Positions 12,501 to 23,100 of a DNA stretch of 64,000 nucleotides are shown here, one piece after another. The notes beneath the pieces were generated by a model, which was given only the letters and a program-made list of their open reading frames with translations, was not told where the DNA came from and did no database searches. The position numbers and the translations under genes were made by a program. Source of the stretch: Mantamonas sphyraenae STR306. Lineage: Eukaryota; Protista; CRuMs. The stretch's first letter is position 1; each line of letters starts with the position of its first letter. The DNA lies in assembly GCA_026936335.1 (NCBI GenBank), contig JAPMXV010000049.1:248001-312000 (forward strand). Reading direction: 5' to 3'.

Positions 12501-12879
12501 ACAGGCGTTGCGACTCATCTCTCGCCGTCCGCTCCCCCTTCAGACGTTCCTCCAGGGCGCTTATGGCTGCCCCCATGGGTGGGGATGCCCCATCGCTTGC
12601 CATGCCCGTGTCACCATTGCCCCCAGAGAGCAAGTCTTGGAGACGTTGGTCCTGCATCGATTTTTCTTCGTGCGACTTTTGCAACGCCGCCTGTAGCCTG
12701 CATTGTTCCTCCTCATGCGCCATCACTACCTGTGTCAGCTCCTGGCACTTGGCGATAGCCGAGTTGAGGGCAAAGCGCAATTTTTGTTCGCTTCGCAGCC
12801 ACCCTCGCTTCTCCTTCCGAAGCAAACGGAGCTCCTCGTCCTGTGTCGAGGTTCCAGCCGAATCAGCACGTGCACTCAT
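1..12879 (-). CDS. Giant coiled-coil protein 'gene B' (>4,290 aa, 3' end beyond window), with internal duplications, three HxxxxCxxC motifs and a long hendecad repeat
   Basis: Starts at ATG 12879 (MSARADSAG...). ORF 10147..13329 joins ORF 3033..10370 across a 1-nt insertion near 10336, then joins the open repeat frame running to base 1 across a 2-nt deletion near 3074-3078. Both indels are visible against intact sister copies. Composition is E/Q/K/R/A/L-rich and helical. Confidence 0.8.
662..2839 (-). repeat. Higher-order repeat, 6 x 363 bp (11 x 33 bp = 121 aa)
   Basis: The marker cagcgcagacatggcc recurs at 662, 1025, 1388, 1751, 2114 and 2477, an exact 363-bp period. Confidence 0.93.
3360..7410 (-). 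repeat. Three near-identical ~1-kb coding modules (approx. 3360-4592, 5018-6026, 6430-7410), each with the CxxC motif and a Gly-rich linker
   Basis: Offsets of 1434 and 3069 bp, e.g. ORFs 3946..4152, 5380..5586 and 7015..7221 are near-identical. A second short hendecad array lies at ~6072-6560. Confidence 0.92.
9602..12193 (-). repeat. Direct duplication of ~1.1 kb inside gene B (9602-10717 and 11079-12193)
   Basis: Near-identical sequence at offset 1476/1477. The copies differ by one extra T near 10336 and a few substitutions. Confidence 0.93.
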
Positions 12880-13031
12880 ACTGCCAATTTCTTGTGTACA
12901 ATTGGATGGGTGGCAACGTGTGTGTGTGTGTGCTGTGTGTGTGCTGTGCGTGTCTCGACTGCTGTTGTGTGGTTTGGCCCGGCCGGCGGCTCTGCCCAGA
13001 ACGGGCCAGACAAACACGAACACTCCGAAGC
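12880..13031. promoter_or_regulatory. Probable bidirectional promoter region (152 bp) containing a (TG)n tract
   Basis: Lies between divergent ATGs at 12879 (-) and 13032 (+), with TG repeats at ~12917-12952. Function is inferred from position only. Confidence 0.45.
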
Positions 13032-14150
13032 ATGAGCAAAACCCTTGCCTTCCTGGCTCTCCTTGCGTTTGCGACGCTTGCATGCGCATCGACTCCTTCT
13101 CATCCGTCCATCCCGACTGCATTCTCGGCCACCTTGAAAATGACCGTCTCAGGTCACATTTCCGTGGATGGCAAGATGTTCTTTGACGCAACTGGCAACC
13201 GCATGCGCATCGATGGCACCTACAACTCAACGTCCTTCGAGACGTTGATTCTGTACGCCGAGGGCAAGCAGTACGCCATCGATTCGGCCCAGTCTTTCTG
13301 CCAAAGCTCCACGACGGGCGGCAATGCATCCGATCTTTTCCGTGCGCTCCCGTACACGCAGTACAACGGCACGTTGACTGTGAACGGCCAGCAGGTCACC
13401 AAGTGGATCTTCAGCGCAGCGAAAATCTACTACCTCTTTGCAGGCGACACCCCGGTTGCCTTCAGCGTGCAGGACGCCGTGACGTACGAGTGGTCGGACG
13501 TCGACATGAACGAGCCCGATGCGGCGGTATGGACGGTCCCGTCGTACTGCAACGGCAAGGAAAGCCCGTCGATGCATCCTATGCACAAAATCCTGATCCA
13601 CGCGAGCCGCGCACACAGCTCCCCCGTGCGCCCGTCGCCTCCGCAGGGCTGGATCGCTGACATTACGGTCACTTTCCCCAACGGCACCTCACTTGGCGGC
13701 ACCGAGGCCTTCGACGTTCTCGGCAACCGTGTGCGCCTGGATCTGAATGTCAACAACAACAAGGACGTCGTGGAGGTCCTCTACCTCTATAACCAGCAGC
13801 TGGAGCTGGACATTGTCAACGGGCAAACCTGCGAACGCAAGAACAAGACCGGTTTTGCTGATGATGTGTTTGTGCCGCTGCGATTCGCAAGCTTCAACGG
13901 CACCGTCACCCAGCAAGGAAAGACCATGACCCGATGGGTGGCAGACGATGGCACCTACACGTACATCTTTCTGGGCAACACCCCCGTCAGCCTTGAGATC
14001 CACAATCTCCTCACCTTCGCCTGGAGCAACATGACCATCGAAACGCCGGACAACTCTGTGTTCAACGTTCCCAGCCAATGTGTCAAGTCAGCCAACGCCG
14101 TCCACGCACCCACTCAAGAGCTGCTTGCCATGCTTTCGTCCGCACACTGA
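13032..14150 (+). CDS. Secreted/lysosomal ependymin-related (EPDR-like) protein with two tandem domains, 372 aa
   Basis: Signal peptide MSKTLAFLALLAFATLACA. Two homologous units, each with PSxPxxF/W, G...FDxxGNRxRxD, a central Cys, (Y/F)NGTxTxxGxxxTxW and a terminal PDxxV(W/F)xVPSxC. Several N-x-S/T sites. Confidence 0.75.
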   Translation: MSKTLAFLALLAFATLACASTPSHPSIPTAFSATLKMTVSGHISVDGKMFFDATGNRMRIDGTYNSTSFETLILYAEGKQYAIDSAQSFCQSSTTGGNASDLFRALPYTQYNGTLTVNGQQVTKWIFSAAKIYYLFAGDTPVAFSVQDAVTYEWSDVDMNEPDAAVWTVPSYCNGKESPSMHPMHKILIHASRAHSSPVRPSPPQGWIADITVTFPNGTSLGGTEAFDVLGNRVRLDLNVNNNKDVVEVLYLYNQQLELDIVNGQTCERKNKTGFADDVFVPLRFASFNGTVTQQGKTMTRWVADDGTYTYIFLGNTPVSLEIHNLLTFAWSNMTIETPDNSVFNVPSQCVKSANAVHAPTQELLAMLSSAH

Positions 14151-14189
14151 TCTGCAACGCAAATCCACAGTTCATTCCGTCCTTTTCCA

Positions 14190-17100
14190 TCATCGGTTGC
14201 CTCTGCTCACTCTTCCTCCCCGATTCTTGGTCTTGCTGCTGCTGCTGCGGCTGCTCATGCCACTCATGTCGCTCGAGCTTCCTTCGTCCCCTTCCTCCAA
14301 CTCCGGCACCCAGCCCAACGGAACACCCACACGCCGCTCCGCGCGCTCGCTATCGTCGTAGGCGTGTCCAGTAGACTCTCGTTCGCCCGTCAGCTCAAAG
14401 TTGCGTGTGCAGATGGGGCAGTCGTCTGGCACGTGATGCAACGGGTTGCTGCTGCGCTCCTCTTCCAACTCCCGCAGCAGCTCCTTGCCTTGCAACGCTC
14501 CGCGCGACACTTGCTCCTGCAGACCGTGTGCGTATCCGCTCAATTGTGCATAGGCGTTCCTCAGCGACTGCAACTTCTCCTGCGCAGCCTCACGCTGTTC
14601 CAGAGCCCGTTCGAGCTGTGCCGCCAGCTCCACCATGTCCCGCTCCATCCCGCGTTTCTGTTCCAGCTCGCGTTGGCACACCTCCAACTGCACTCGCATC
14701 TCCTGTGCTGCGTCCACTTTCTCCTGCAGCTCACGCACACGTGCTTCTGCACGCTCCACGTCTCGCTGCAGTCGTGCCTCGGCCTCGCCTCCCCCTGCGC
14801 TCACGCCTACGTTGCCACTGCTTCCTCCGCGCATGCGCATCTGCTTTTCCAGGTTGCCCACTTGCTCTTCCAAAACCTGTCGTCGTACCTTTTCCTCCTG
14901 TGCGCTCTTGCTAGCTTCTTTGCGGTCTCTCTCGCTGGATTCCAACCTCCTCTTGGCTTCTCTCAGCTGCTCCTCCGCCTTGGCTCCCATCTCTGCCTTG
15001 GCCACCAGTTGCGCATGTTCCGCTTCCAGTTGCTTGCTCTGCGCTTCCCGTGCCGCACTCTCGCGTCCAAGTTCACGCAGCTGCTCTCGCATTTCCTGGT
15101 TCTCTGCTGTGACCTTGTCTAGCGCAGCCTTGATCTGCTTGCTCTCTCCTTCTCCAATCTGAACCTGCATCTTGCTCTCAGACAAGCTTCGCTCCAGCTC
15201 CATCTCATGCTGTCGCTGCTTCTCCCGCTCCTCCCGCTCGCGCTCCAGCTTCGCCTCTGTCTTGGCCTGTTGCTCTTCTGCAGCTGCCTTTGCCTTACGC
15301 TCACGCTCCAACGCCGCTTCCAGATCCAGCGCCTTTCCTGCCATGGCGTTGTGTTCGCTCGCCGCAGCGCGTTTCTCGCGATGCAGTTCCTCCACTTCGT
15401 CGCGAAGCTCTTGCATCAATGCTTCCTGACTCTTCAGCAGCTCCTTGTTCTGCTTTAGCACAGCCACGTCCACTTGCAAGCTCTGCAACGCCTTGCTCGC
15501 CTCCTTGTGCTCCTCTCGTACCGCACGTTCGCTCGCCTCTGCTGCTGCCAATCGTGTCTCCAGCTCCGCCTTGCTCTTTTCCAGTTGTGCAACCTCTCGG
15601 CTGGCTCGCTCCACTGCACGCTCTGCTTTGCCTGCTCGCTCGCTCCACATGCGCTCTTGCTCCTGTGCCTTTTCCACCGCACGCTCCTTCGCCTCCCGCT
15701 CCCGCTCCGCCTCCCTCTCCGCGCTCACTGCTCGCTTTTCCGCCGCGGCCACCGCTGCCGAGTCCTTTGTCAAGCTGCGTCGCTCTTCTTCTTCCTTGGA
15801 CATCTTTGCCTCTATGCGTGCCAGAGCGCTTTCTGCCGCAACGGCGCGGCTCTGCGCCTGGCTCACATCGATCTCCAGCTCCTTCACACGTGTCTCCAGC
15901 TTCGACTTTGTCTTGCGTGTCTTGTTGTACGCCTCCTGCACACGTTGCTTCTCGTCCTCCACCCTGCGCTTCTCCTCGCGCACCTGTCGCATTTGCTCCA
16001 GACTCTCTGCCCACTTACTTTCCAGCTCCTGGGTGCGGCTCTCCTTCTGCGTGGCCTTCTCTTTCGCTTCCTTTGCGCTGGTCTCGGCCAGTCCTGCGCG
16101 CTGCTCCGCTGCATTCTTGTCCAGCTCCACACGCTGCAGTGCTTTCTCCAGCTCGCGTATCTGTCCTTCCAGCTGCTTCTTTTCCTGTCGCACTTCGTTG
16201 TACGCCTGCTGGCTTCTCTCCAACTCACGTCTCACACGCTCCAACTCGCCCGATTGTTCCACGCTCCTCTCTCGCTCTTCCACCAGCCGCATGCTCGATT
16301 GCTGCGACTGCTCCCGTGCACTGCGCTCCAGCTCCAGCTGGTGCTCCATCTGCGCCCTTTCGCTCTCCACCTGCTGCATGCGTTCTTCGGCGCGTTGAAG
16401 GTTGCTCATGGCTGCCTCCAGTCGCTGTGCTGCTCGCTGGCTCTCCAGTTCCGCTTCGTGTACCCGTTCCTCCATCTTTTCCAGTTTGCTCTCTGCACGC
16501 TCCGTACCACGCTTCGCCTCCCGTTCGCTTTCCTGACTCGCGCGCATCTGTGCTTGCAGACGCGCCACCTCCAGCTCAAGCGCCCCCTTTTCCTGCTTCA
16601 GTGCGTCGCACGCATCGCGCGCCGCCTGCAGCTCGCCGCGCAGCACCTGCGCCTCCTTGGCTGCTGTGTCTGCTTCCTTCTGCACACGTCGCACCTCATT
16701 TTCCAGCTGCTGCACGCGCAGTTCGTGCTCGTTCCGCATGCGTTCCACACGTGCCTCATTGCTTGTCTGCGCACGTGTCTCGTTTTCTCTCAGGTCGGCT
16801 CGCAGCTCCTCCACGGTCTTGCGAAGACCCACCACCTCTTCTGCACTTCGCTCCGCACGCCCATTCGCCTCCCGCGCGCTCATCTGTGCCTCACTCACCT
16901 CCTTTTGCGCACGCAGTGCCCACTCTGCGCTGTCGTCCTTCCTTTCCAGCGCCAGCTGTGCATTCTGCTTTTCCAGGTCGGCGATGCGCTGCCGCTCCAG
17001 CTCCACAGCTGCTCCGAGTTCGTCCGCTCGCTGTTCCGCTGCGCGCAGCTCTTTCGCCTTCGCCTCACCCTTTACTTGCTCCACGTCCAGCGCCCGCTGC

Positions 17101-20100
17101 AGACGGGCAACCTCTGCCGCAAGGGTTTCTCGTTCCCGTTCCACCTTTTGCCATCCGCTTCGCTCCTTCTGTTTCTCCTCGGCCGTCTGCTCGCGCCGCT
17201 TCAGCTCTTGCCTTGCCTCGTTCACCTCCTCCCTGCTCAGCTCAAGCTCCTTGCGCACACGTCCCAGCTCCTGGCTCAGCTCGCTGCGCTTATCTTCCGT
17301 GCTGCGTTGCTCTACCACCAGCCCGGCCAGCTTCTTCTCCAGCTCCATTTGCACCTCCTGCTGCGTTTGTACTCTCTTTGCAGCGCTGGATGCCTCCTGG
17401 CGCGCCTCTTCCATCGCCAACTCCATTGCACGTTGCTGTTCGCGAGCAAGCTGAACCGCTTGCGTCTGTTCCGTGTACCGTCGCTTCTGCTCCGACACCG
17501 CCTGTTCCAGAGCTGCCACGCGTCCCTCTGCTTCCTTATTCTTGCGCTTCAGAGCCTTGGCCAGCTCCGTGGCCTTGTGCAGCTTGCGTGCCTGGTCGTC
17601 GCGCATGCGTTGCACTCGGCTCAGCTCCTCCACAGCTGCCGCTTCGCTCTTTTCGCGTGCGCTCATTTGCTTGGCGTTCTCCTCCATCTGCCGGCTCATG
17701 CTGCGCGTATGTGCCTCGGCCTTTTCCAGTGCACGCTGCACACCCTGCAGCTCCTCCTGCAATTCCTCCACATGTTTGGCCAGCACGGACAGTTCCGCTT
17801 CGCGTCCGCTCACCTGCATCCTCAACTCCTCCACTCGTTTCTCCTGCGCTTCCGCCATGCTGCTGACACGTTCCTGTGTCGCACGCAGCTCCTGACGCAA
17901 CTCGCTTCTCTCTTCGCTCACGCTCGCCAGCCGCTCCGTCGTCGCCTCCAGTTTCTCGCTCGTCGCACGCAGGCTTGCACGCAGGCCATCCACCTCGTCC
18001 TCCTTTGCACTCTGCATCGTTTCCACACGCACAAGGTTCGTGCTCGTTTCGTTCAGCGCCGTCTCTGCAGACGACGCACGCGCAGCCTCTGCTTGCGCTT
18101 GCGTCTCCAGCCGCTCCAGCTTGGCTTCCAACGCCTCTTTGTCCATCGCCAGTCGCTCCGCGCGCTCCTTGCTCTCTGCAAGCTGCGCGTTCAAACGCAC
18201 GCGTTGTTCCTGGTGAGAAACAATCTGTTCTTCGCGTGCCCTGGCCGCATCTTCCAGTTGCTCCACACGCTGCGACATCCGGCCCAGCTCCTCCTTTGCC
18301 TCGCGCGTCGCCTGCTTCCATTCGTTCAGACTCTCTTCAAGCGCCTGCACGCGTCGCTTCTCCTCGTGTACACTCTCCCTACTCGACGCACCGCGCTGCT
18401 CCTCCACCTCCAGCGCATCCTGCTTGGCCTGCAGCGCCGCCTTGGTCTCTTCCACCGCCCCTCGCAGTGTGTTGATCTCCAGTTGCACCTTGAGCTCGCG
18501 TTCCGCACGCGCCTCCTTCATCGACTGCACCTCGGCCTGCAGCCGTTCCACCTCGCCCTCCTTCTTCTCCAGAGCCGCCGCCAGCACGTCGCGAGAATCT
18601 CGCAGCGTGCGAACGTCCGTCGCGTGCTGCTTGTTCGCCTCAAACAGCCGGTTGTACTCCTTCTCCACACTCGCCTTTGCCGCCTCGTGTTCACTCTTCA
18701 TCTTCAGCAGCTGCTCCTGGAACCTCTGTCTGCTCGTTTCCGCCGCACGGAAGTGTTGCATCTGACGCTCATTCACAAGGGCCTCCGCCTTTGCTCGCGA
18801 TTCCTTTGCGTTGCGGTGTGCTGCTCGCAGCGCCTCCACCTCGTCTTTCAGGCTCTTTGCAGTCTCGGCCGTCTGTTCCTCACGCGCCCGCACAATCTGC
18901 ACTTCTGTTTCCAGCTCTCCCCGAGCTTCGCGGCACACGTTCAAGTCGCGCTTGCTCGTCTCCAGTTCCCGTTGCAGCTGGCTCGCCTCTGCTTCGCTCG
19001 CCTCGCGTTTCTCCTGCTCCCGTTCGCATCGTTGCTTCCATTCGCGCACGTCCATCCTCAGTTGAGAAATATTTTCTTCTTGTTGCCTCACGTTCTCCTG
19101 CGCGTGGCCCAGGTCTGTTTCTGCGTTTTGACGCAACTGACGCAACTCCACCAGCGCCGCACGCTGCTTCCCGTTCTCTTCCTCCAGCGCCGCCACCTGC
19201 TTTTGCGCCTCCTCCAAACGCACACGCGCTTCCTTCAGGCCGCTTTCCATCTCCTTGCGTCCGCGCTTGCTGCGTGCCACCTCGCTGCGCATCCGGTCGG
19301 CTTCGCGCACATGCTCCGCACGCGCACTCGCCAGCTCCTTCTCCAGCGAACCCACCTTCTCCTGTGCGCTTTGCAGACTCGCTTGTGTGCGCTCGGCCCC
19401 TTCGCGGCTAGCTTGAAGCTGTGTCTGCGCCGTGGACAGCGCTGTGCTCAGATCTCCTTTGCTTGCGCTCAGCGCAGACAACTGCTCGCGTGCCTCTTGC
19501 AGCCTTGCGTCCAGCTTTTCCGCACGTTTCTCCACCTTGGCCAGCTGCTCCTCTTGGTTCTTGCGAAGCGCCATGTCCTCCTCACGGCCCTTGCGCAGCA
19601 TGGACGCCTCTTGCTCCGCCGCCCGTTTGCTCGCAACCAGTTGCTCCTGCGCCTCACGCATTTGTGCAAGTGCCTCCTGCAGCTGCATGCGCGTTGCACT
19701 CTCGTTCGCCACATCTGCTTGCAGCTCACTCACGCTGCTGTTCAGCTCCTCCTCGCGTGCTGCACGTTCTTCCTTGGCCTCGCGCAGCAGCGCCTGAAGC
19801 GTTTGCACTTGTTCCTGCATCTGCTCTCGTTTGCTCTGCTCGATGTCTGCTCGCCGTTCGCAAACCTCCGCCTTGCTGCGCAGCTCTTCAATCTGCTTCA
19901 CCGCCTGCTCCCGCTGTTCGACAGTTCCATCCAGCTGACTCGACAATAGGCGCGACTCTTCCTGGAAAGACATTTGCAGCTCGCTCGCACGGGCCTCTGC
20001 CTCATCCTTGCGCGTGCGCGCGTCCTCCAGCAGCTCCTCCAGTCTCGTCACCTTGTTGCGCAGCTGCTCCATTGCAAAGCGCATGTCAGACTGTTGTTCC

Positions 20101-23100
20101 TGTGCCTCGCTCAGCTGGTTCAACACCTCGCGCTTCTCCTTGGCCAGATCGTCCTTCTCTTGCGACCTCTGCTCCAGGTGGCTGGCCAGTGTTTCCATTT
20201 GCTTTCGCTGTGACTCTACCTGCGAACGCAAACTCACGTCTTCCAGCTCGATGCGCCTGTTCTCCTCCTGGCAAAGCCTATGTGCTTCCCTCATGCGACT
20301 CAGCTCCTCGAAAAGCCCACTTGCACGCGTTGCCTCCACCCTGCCCTCGTTCTCCAACACGGCCAGTCGCAAACTTTGCTCTCGCTGACGGCTGTCCAGC
20401 TCACGCACACGCGCCTGCTCTGCACCCAGCGCCTGTTCGCTCTTTTCCAGTGCAGCCACGACCTCTTCGCGCTTTGTCACAGCCGCCTCCAATCGCATCT
20501 CCAGCGCTCGTATCTCGCCGCGGAGCGTGTTTTGAACGGCCTGCTGCTCTTGCGACACGTTTGCCTCCTTGCCACGCTCCTTCTCTAGCGCCTTTTGCAG
20601 TCCCTGCACTTCGCGCTTCGACTCGGCGAGTGCCTGCTCCGCCGCTCGCTGTGCCTTGTGCACACCGTCCAGCTCTCGTTCCAGCGTGCGCACACTCTCG
20701 CGTGCACGATCTCGCTCGCGCGTCGCCTCTTCCAACTCTCCTTCCACTGTTTGCACGCGCAGCTGAGCTACGCGCACCTGTTCGCGCAGCTCTTCACTTG
20801 TGTGCTCATTCGTGCGCAGCTGTTCCTCCAGCCCGCGCCTCGCACGCCGGCCCTTTTCGTATCGCTCACTCACACGCTCCAACTCCTTTTCCACCTTGGC
20901 AAGCTCTTCGCGCGCCCGCTCTTCGCTCATGCCACGTTTCGACAGGGCCAAACGCGCGTCTGCAAGCTGCTCGCGCAGCTGCTCGTTCTCCGCACCCTGC
21001 CTCTCTGCCACGCCCCTGCTCTGCTCAACCTCCTGCTGCAGCGCCTCGATGCGCGGTAGATGTCGGTTTGACACTTCGCTGCGCAGCGTCTCGTGCTTGT
21101 TCACAAGCTCCGTGTGCTGCTGCACGAGCTCCTCATGCTTCGCCACAAGCCGCTCCTCTCTTGCGCGTCCCTCTCCCAGACTCTGTTCGGCATGGCCCAT
21201 CTTGACGGCCAGCACGCGATGCGACGATCGCTCCTCTTCCAGACGCACGCGCGCCGCTTCGGCCTTGCCCTCAGCCTCTGCAGCCTCGTCCTTGGCTGCC
21301 TCTGCCTCGCTGCGTGATTCGGCAAGCGCACGTCGCAATTCGCTCGTTTCGCGCGCACGTGCACTCTGCTCGTCCGCCAGTTGCTGCTCCAACGACCTAC
21401 GCCCATCCCGCTCTGCATCAAGCAGCTCACGTACCTCCCGCAGCTCCGTTTCTTGTTTGCTCGCCGTCTCTTTGCTCAGTGCGTACATCTGCTGCACAGA
21501 TTCCACACGGAACACTTGTTCCTGGACTGCTGCACGCAGCTCCTGCACCGTTGAACGCTGTGCCTCCTCTTGTCGCCTCATCGCGTCCGCCTCCCGCCGC
21601 GCTTCTTCGTACCGGCTCTCCAGGCTTTCCACTTGGGCGCCCAGATCCTGTTGTGAACGGTTCAGCGCACCCACAGTACTTGTGGCCTCACGCAGTCCAC
21701 TTTCCAGCGCTTCTGCATGCGATTGTTCGTTTGTGCGCAGTTCCTTGAGCGTTTCCAACTCGCGTGCAGTCTGGTCGTACGTCGCTTGCAGCTCGTTCAA
21801 CTTGCGCGTGCTGCTTCGCAGCCTGTTTTTCAGCTCACTGCCCACCTCTTGCTGCTCCTTCAGCACTTGCTCCACCTGCGCCGTCAAGCGTTCTTTTTGC
21901 TCGACAAGCCGCTCGTTCTCTTTGCTCAACGACTGCATCTCGTACGCCATTCCCTGCACCTTTTTCTCCGATGCCGTCAGTTGCTGTCGCACTCGGTCCA
22001 ACTCGCTCTCAGTCGCAGCCATTTCTCCGCGCATACGCTGCACGTCGCTACTCTGCTCGTTTAGCCTCTGCTGCAACCCCTTGCGCCGCTCTTCTTCCAT
22101 TTCCAGCGTCGATTGCACGTGCACCACTTGCAGCTCCGCCTTGCTCAGCTGGTCTTGCGCGCGCGAGTGCTCCTCTCGCACGCTACGCAGCTCGTCGGCC
22201 AGCTGCAGACGTGATGCTCGTTCTTCTGCAAGCTTGGCCTCTGTTTGCACACGCACAAACTCGGCCTTTTCTCGCTCGCCCATCGCCTGCATGTTTTGCG
22301 TCGTCACCTTCCCGATCTGCTTCTTCACCTCTTCCACTTCGCGCTCATACCTCCCCTCCACCGCCTCCAGTTCACCCTGCAGCTGCCGCACACGCGCATT
22401 GTGTGCCTCTTCCTTGCGCAGGGCAGCCTCTTCCACGCTGCTCATCTGGCTCTGTACTCGTGCAAGCTTGACCTGCGTGTCACTCAGCGTCGCCGACTGT
22501 GTACGCAGTTGCTCCTCCGCCATCGCCTTGGCCTCCCGCAACTGCCCCACTTCTCGCTCCAATGCCTCGCTCGCGTCCCGCCGTCCCTGCACTTCCATCT
22601 GCAGCGTGCTCACTTGCGCCTCACTCTCTTTGCGAGCTCGCTTGTACTTGTTCACCTGTTCCTGCAGTCGCGCACGCGCTGCCTCCACCTGACTCATCCC
22701 AGCCACGGTGCGCTCCAGCTCACGCACTTGTGTGCGCAAGCGCTCATTCTCAGCTCCCACTCGCTCCGCACGCACGCTTGCCTTGCTTTCCAGCTCACCC
22801 TGCCGCTCCGCTCGCTCCCGCAGATCCTTGCACGCGTTGCGTTCAGCATCCAGCTCCTTTTCTACCTGCTCACATCTCTTTTCGAGCGACTCGACCTGCT
22901 CAACCAGCCGTGCTTGGGTCACTTCACGCACTCGCATCTCCTCTCCCAGCGACTGCTTCTCTTCACCCAACAAACGCATTTCACCGCGTAGCTTCTCTCG
23001 TGCGGCGCTGGATGCGGCCAGCTCTTCACGCACGCCACTTAGCTGCGCGCTCAGCCTTTCGTTTTCCGCGTTCAGGCGCTCGTTTGCTCCACGTGACTCG

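Noticed and set aside
12880-13329. N-terminal extensions of ORF 10147..13329 (-) and ORF 12843..14150 (+)
   Set aside because: The extensions translate the TG microsatellite and the opposite gene. The signal peptide at 13032 and the coil onset after 12879 mark the likelier starts.
12880-14189. Genes A and B as one >50-kb gene with the EPDR-like gene nested in an intron
   Set aside because: Gene A ends in a natural low-complexity tail with a stop, and gene B has its own ATG and N-terminal leader. A CAG precedes that ATG, but I could not identify a convincing donor. Not fully excluded without RNA data.
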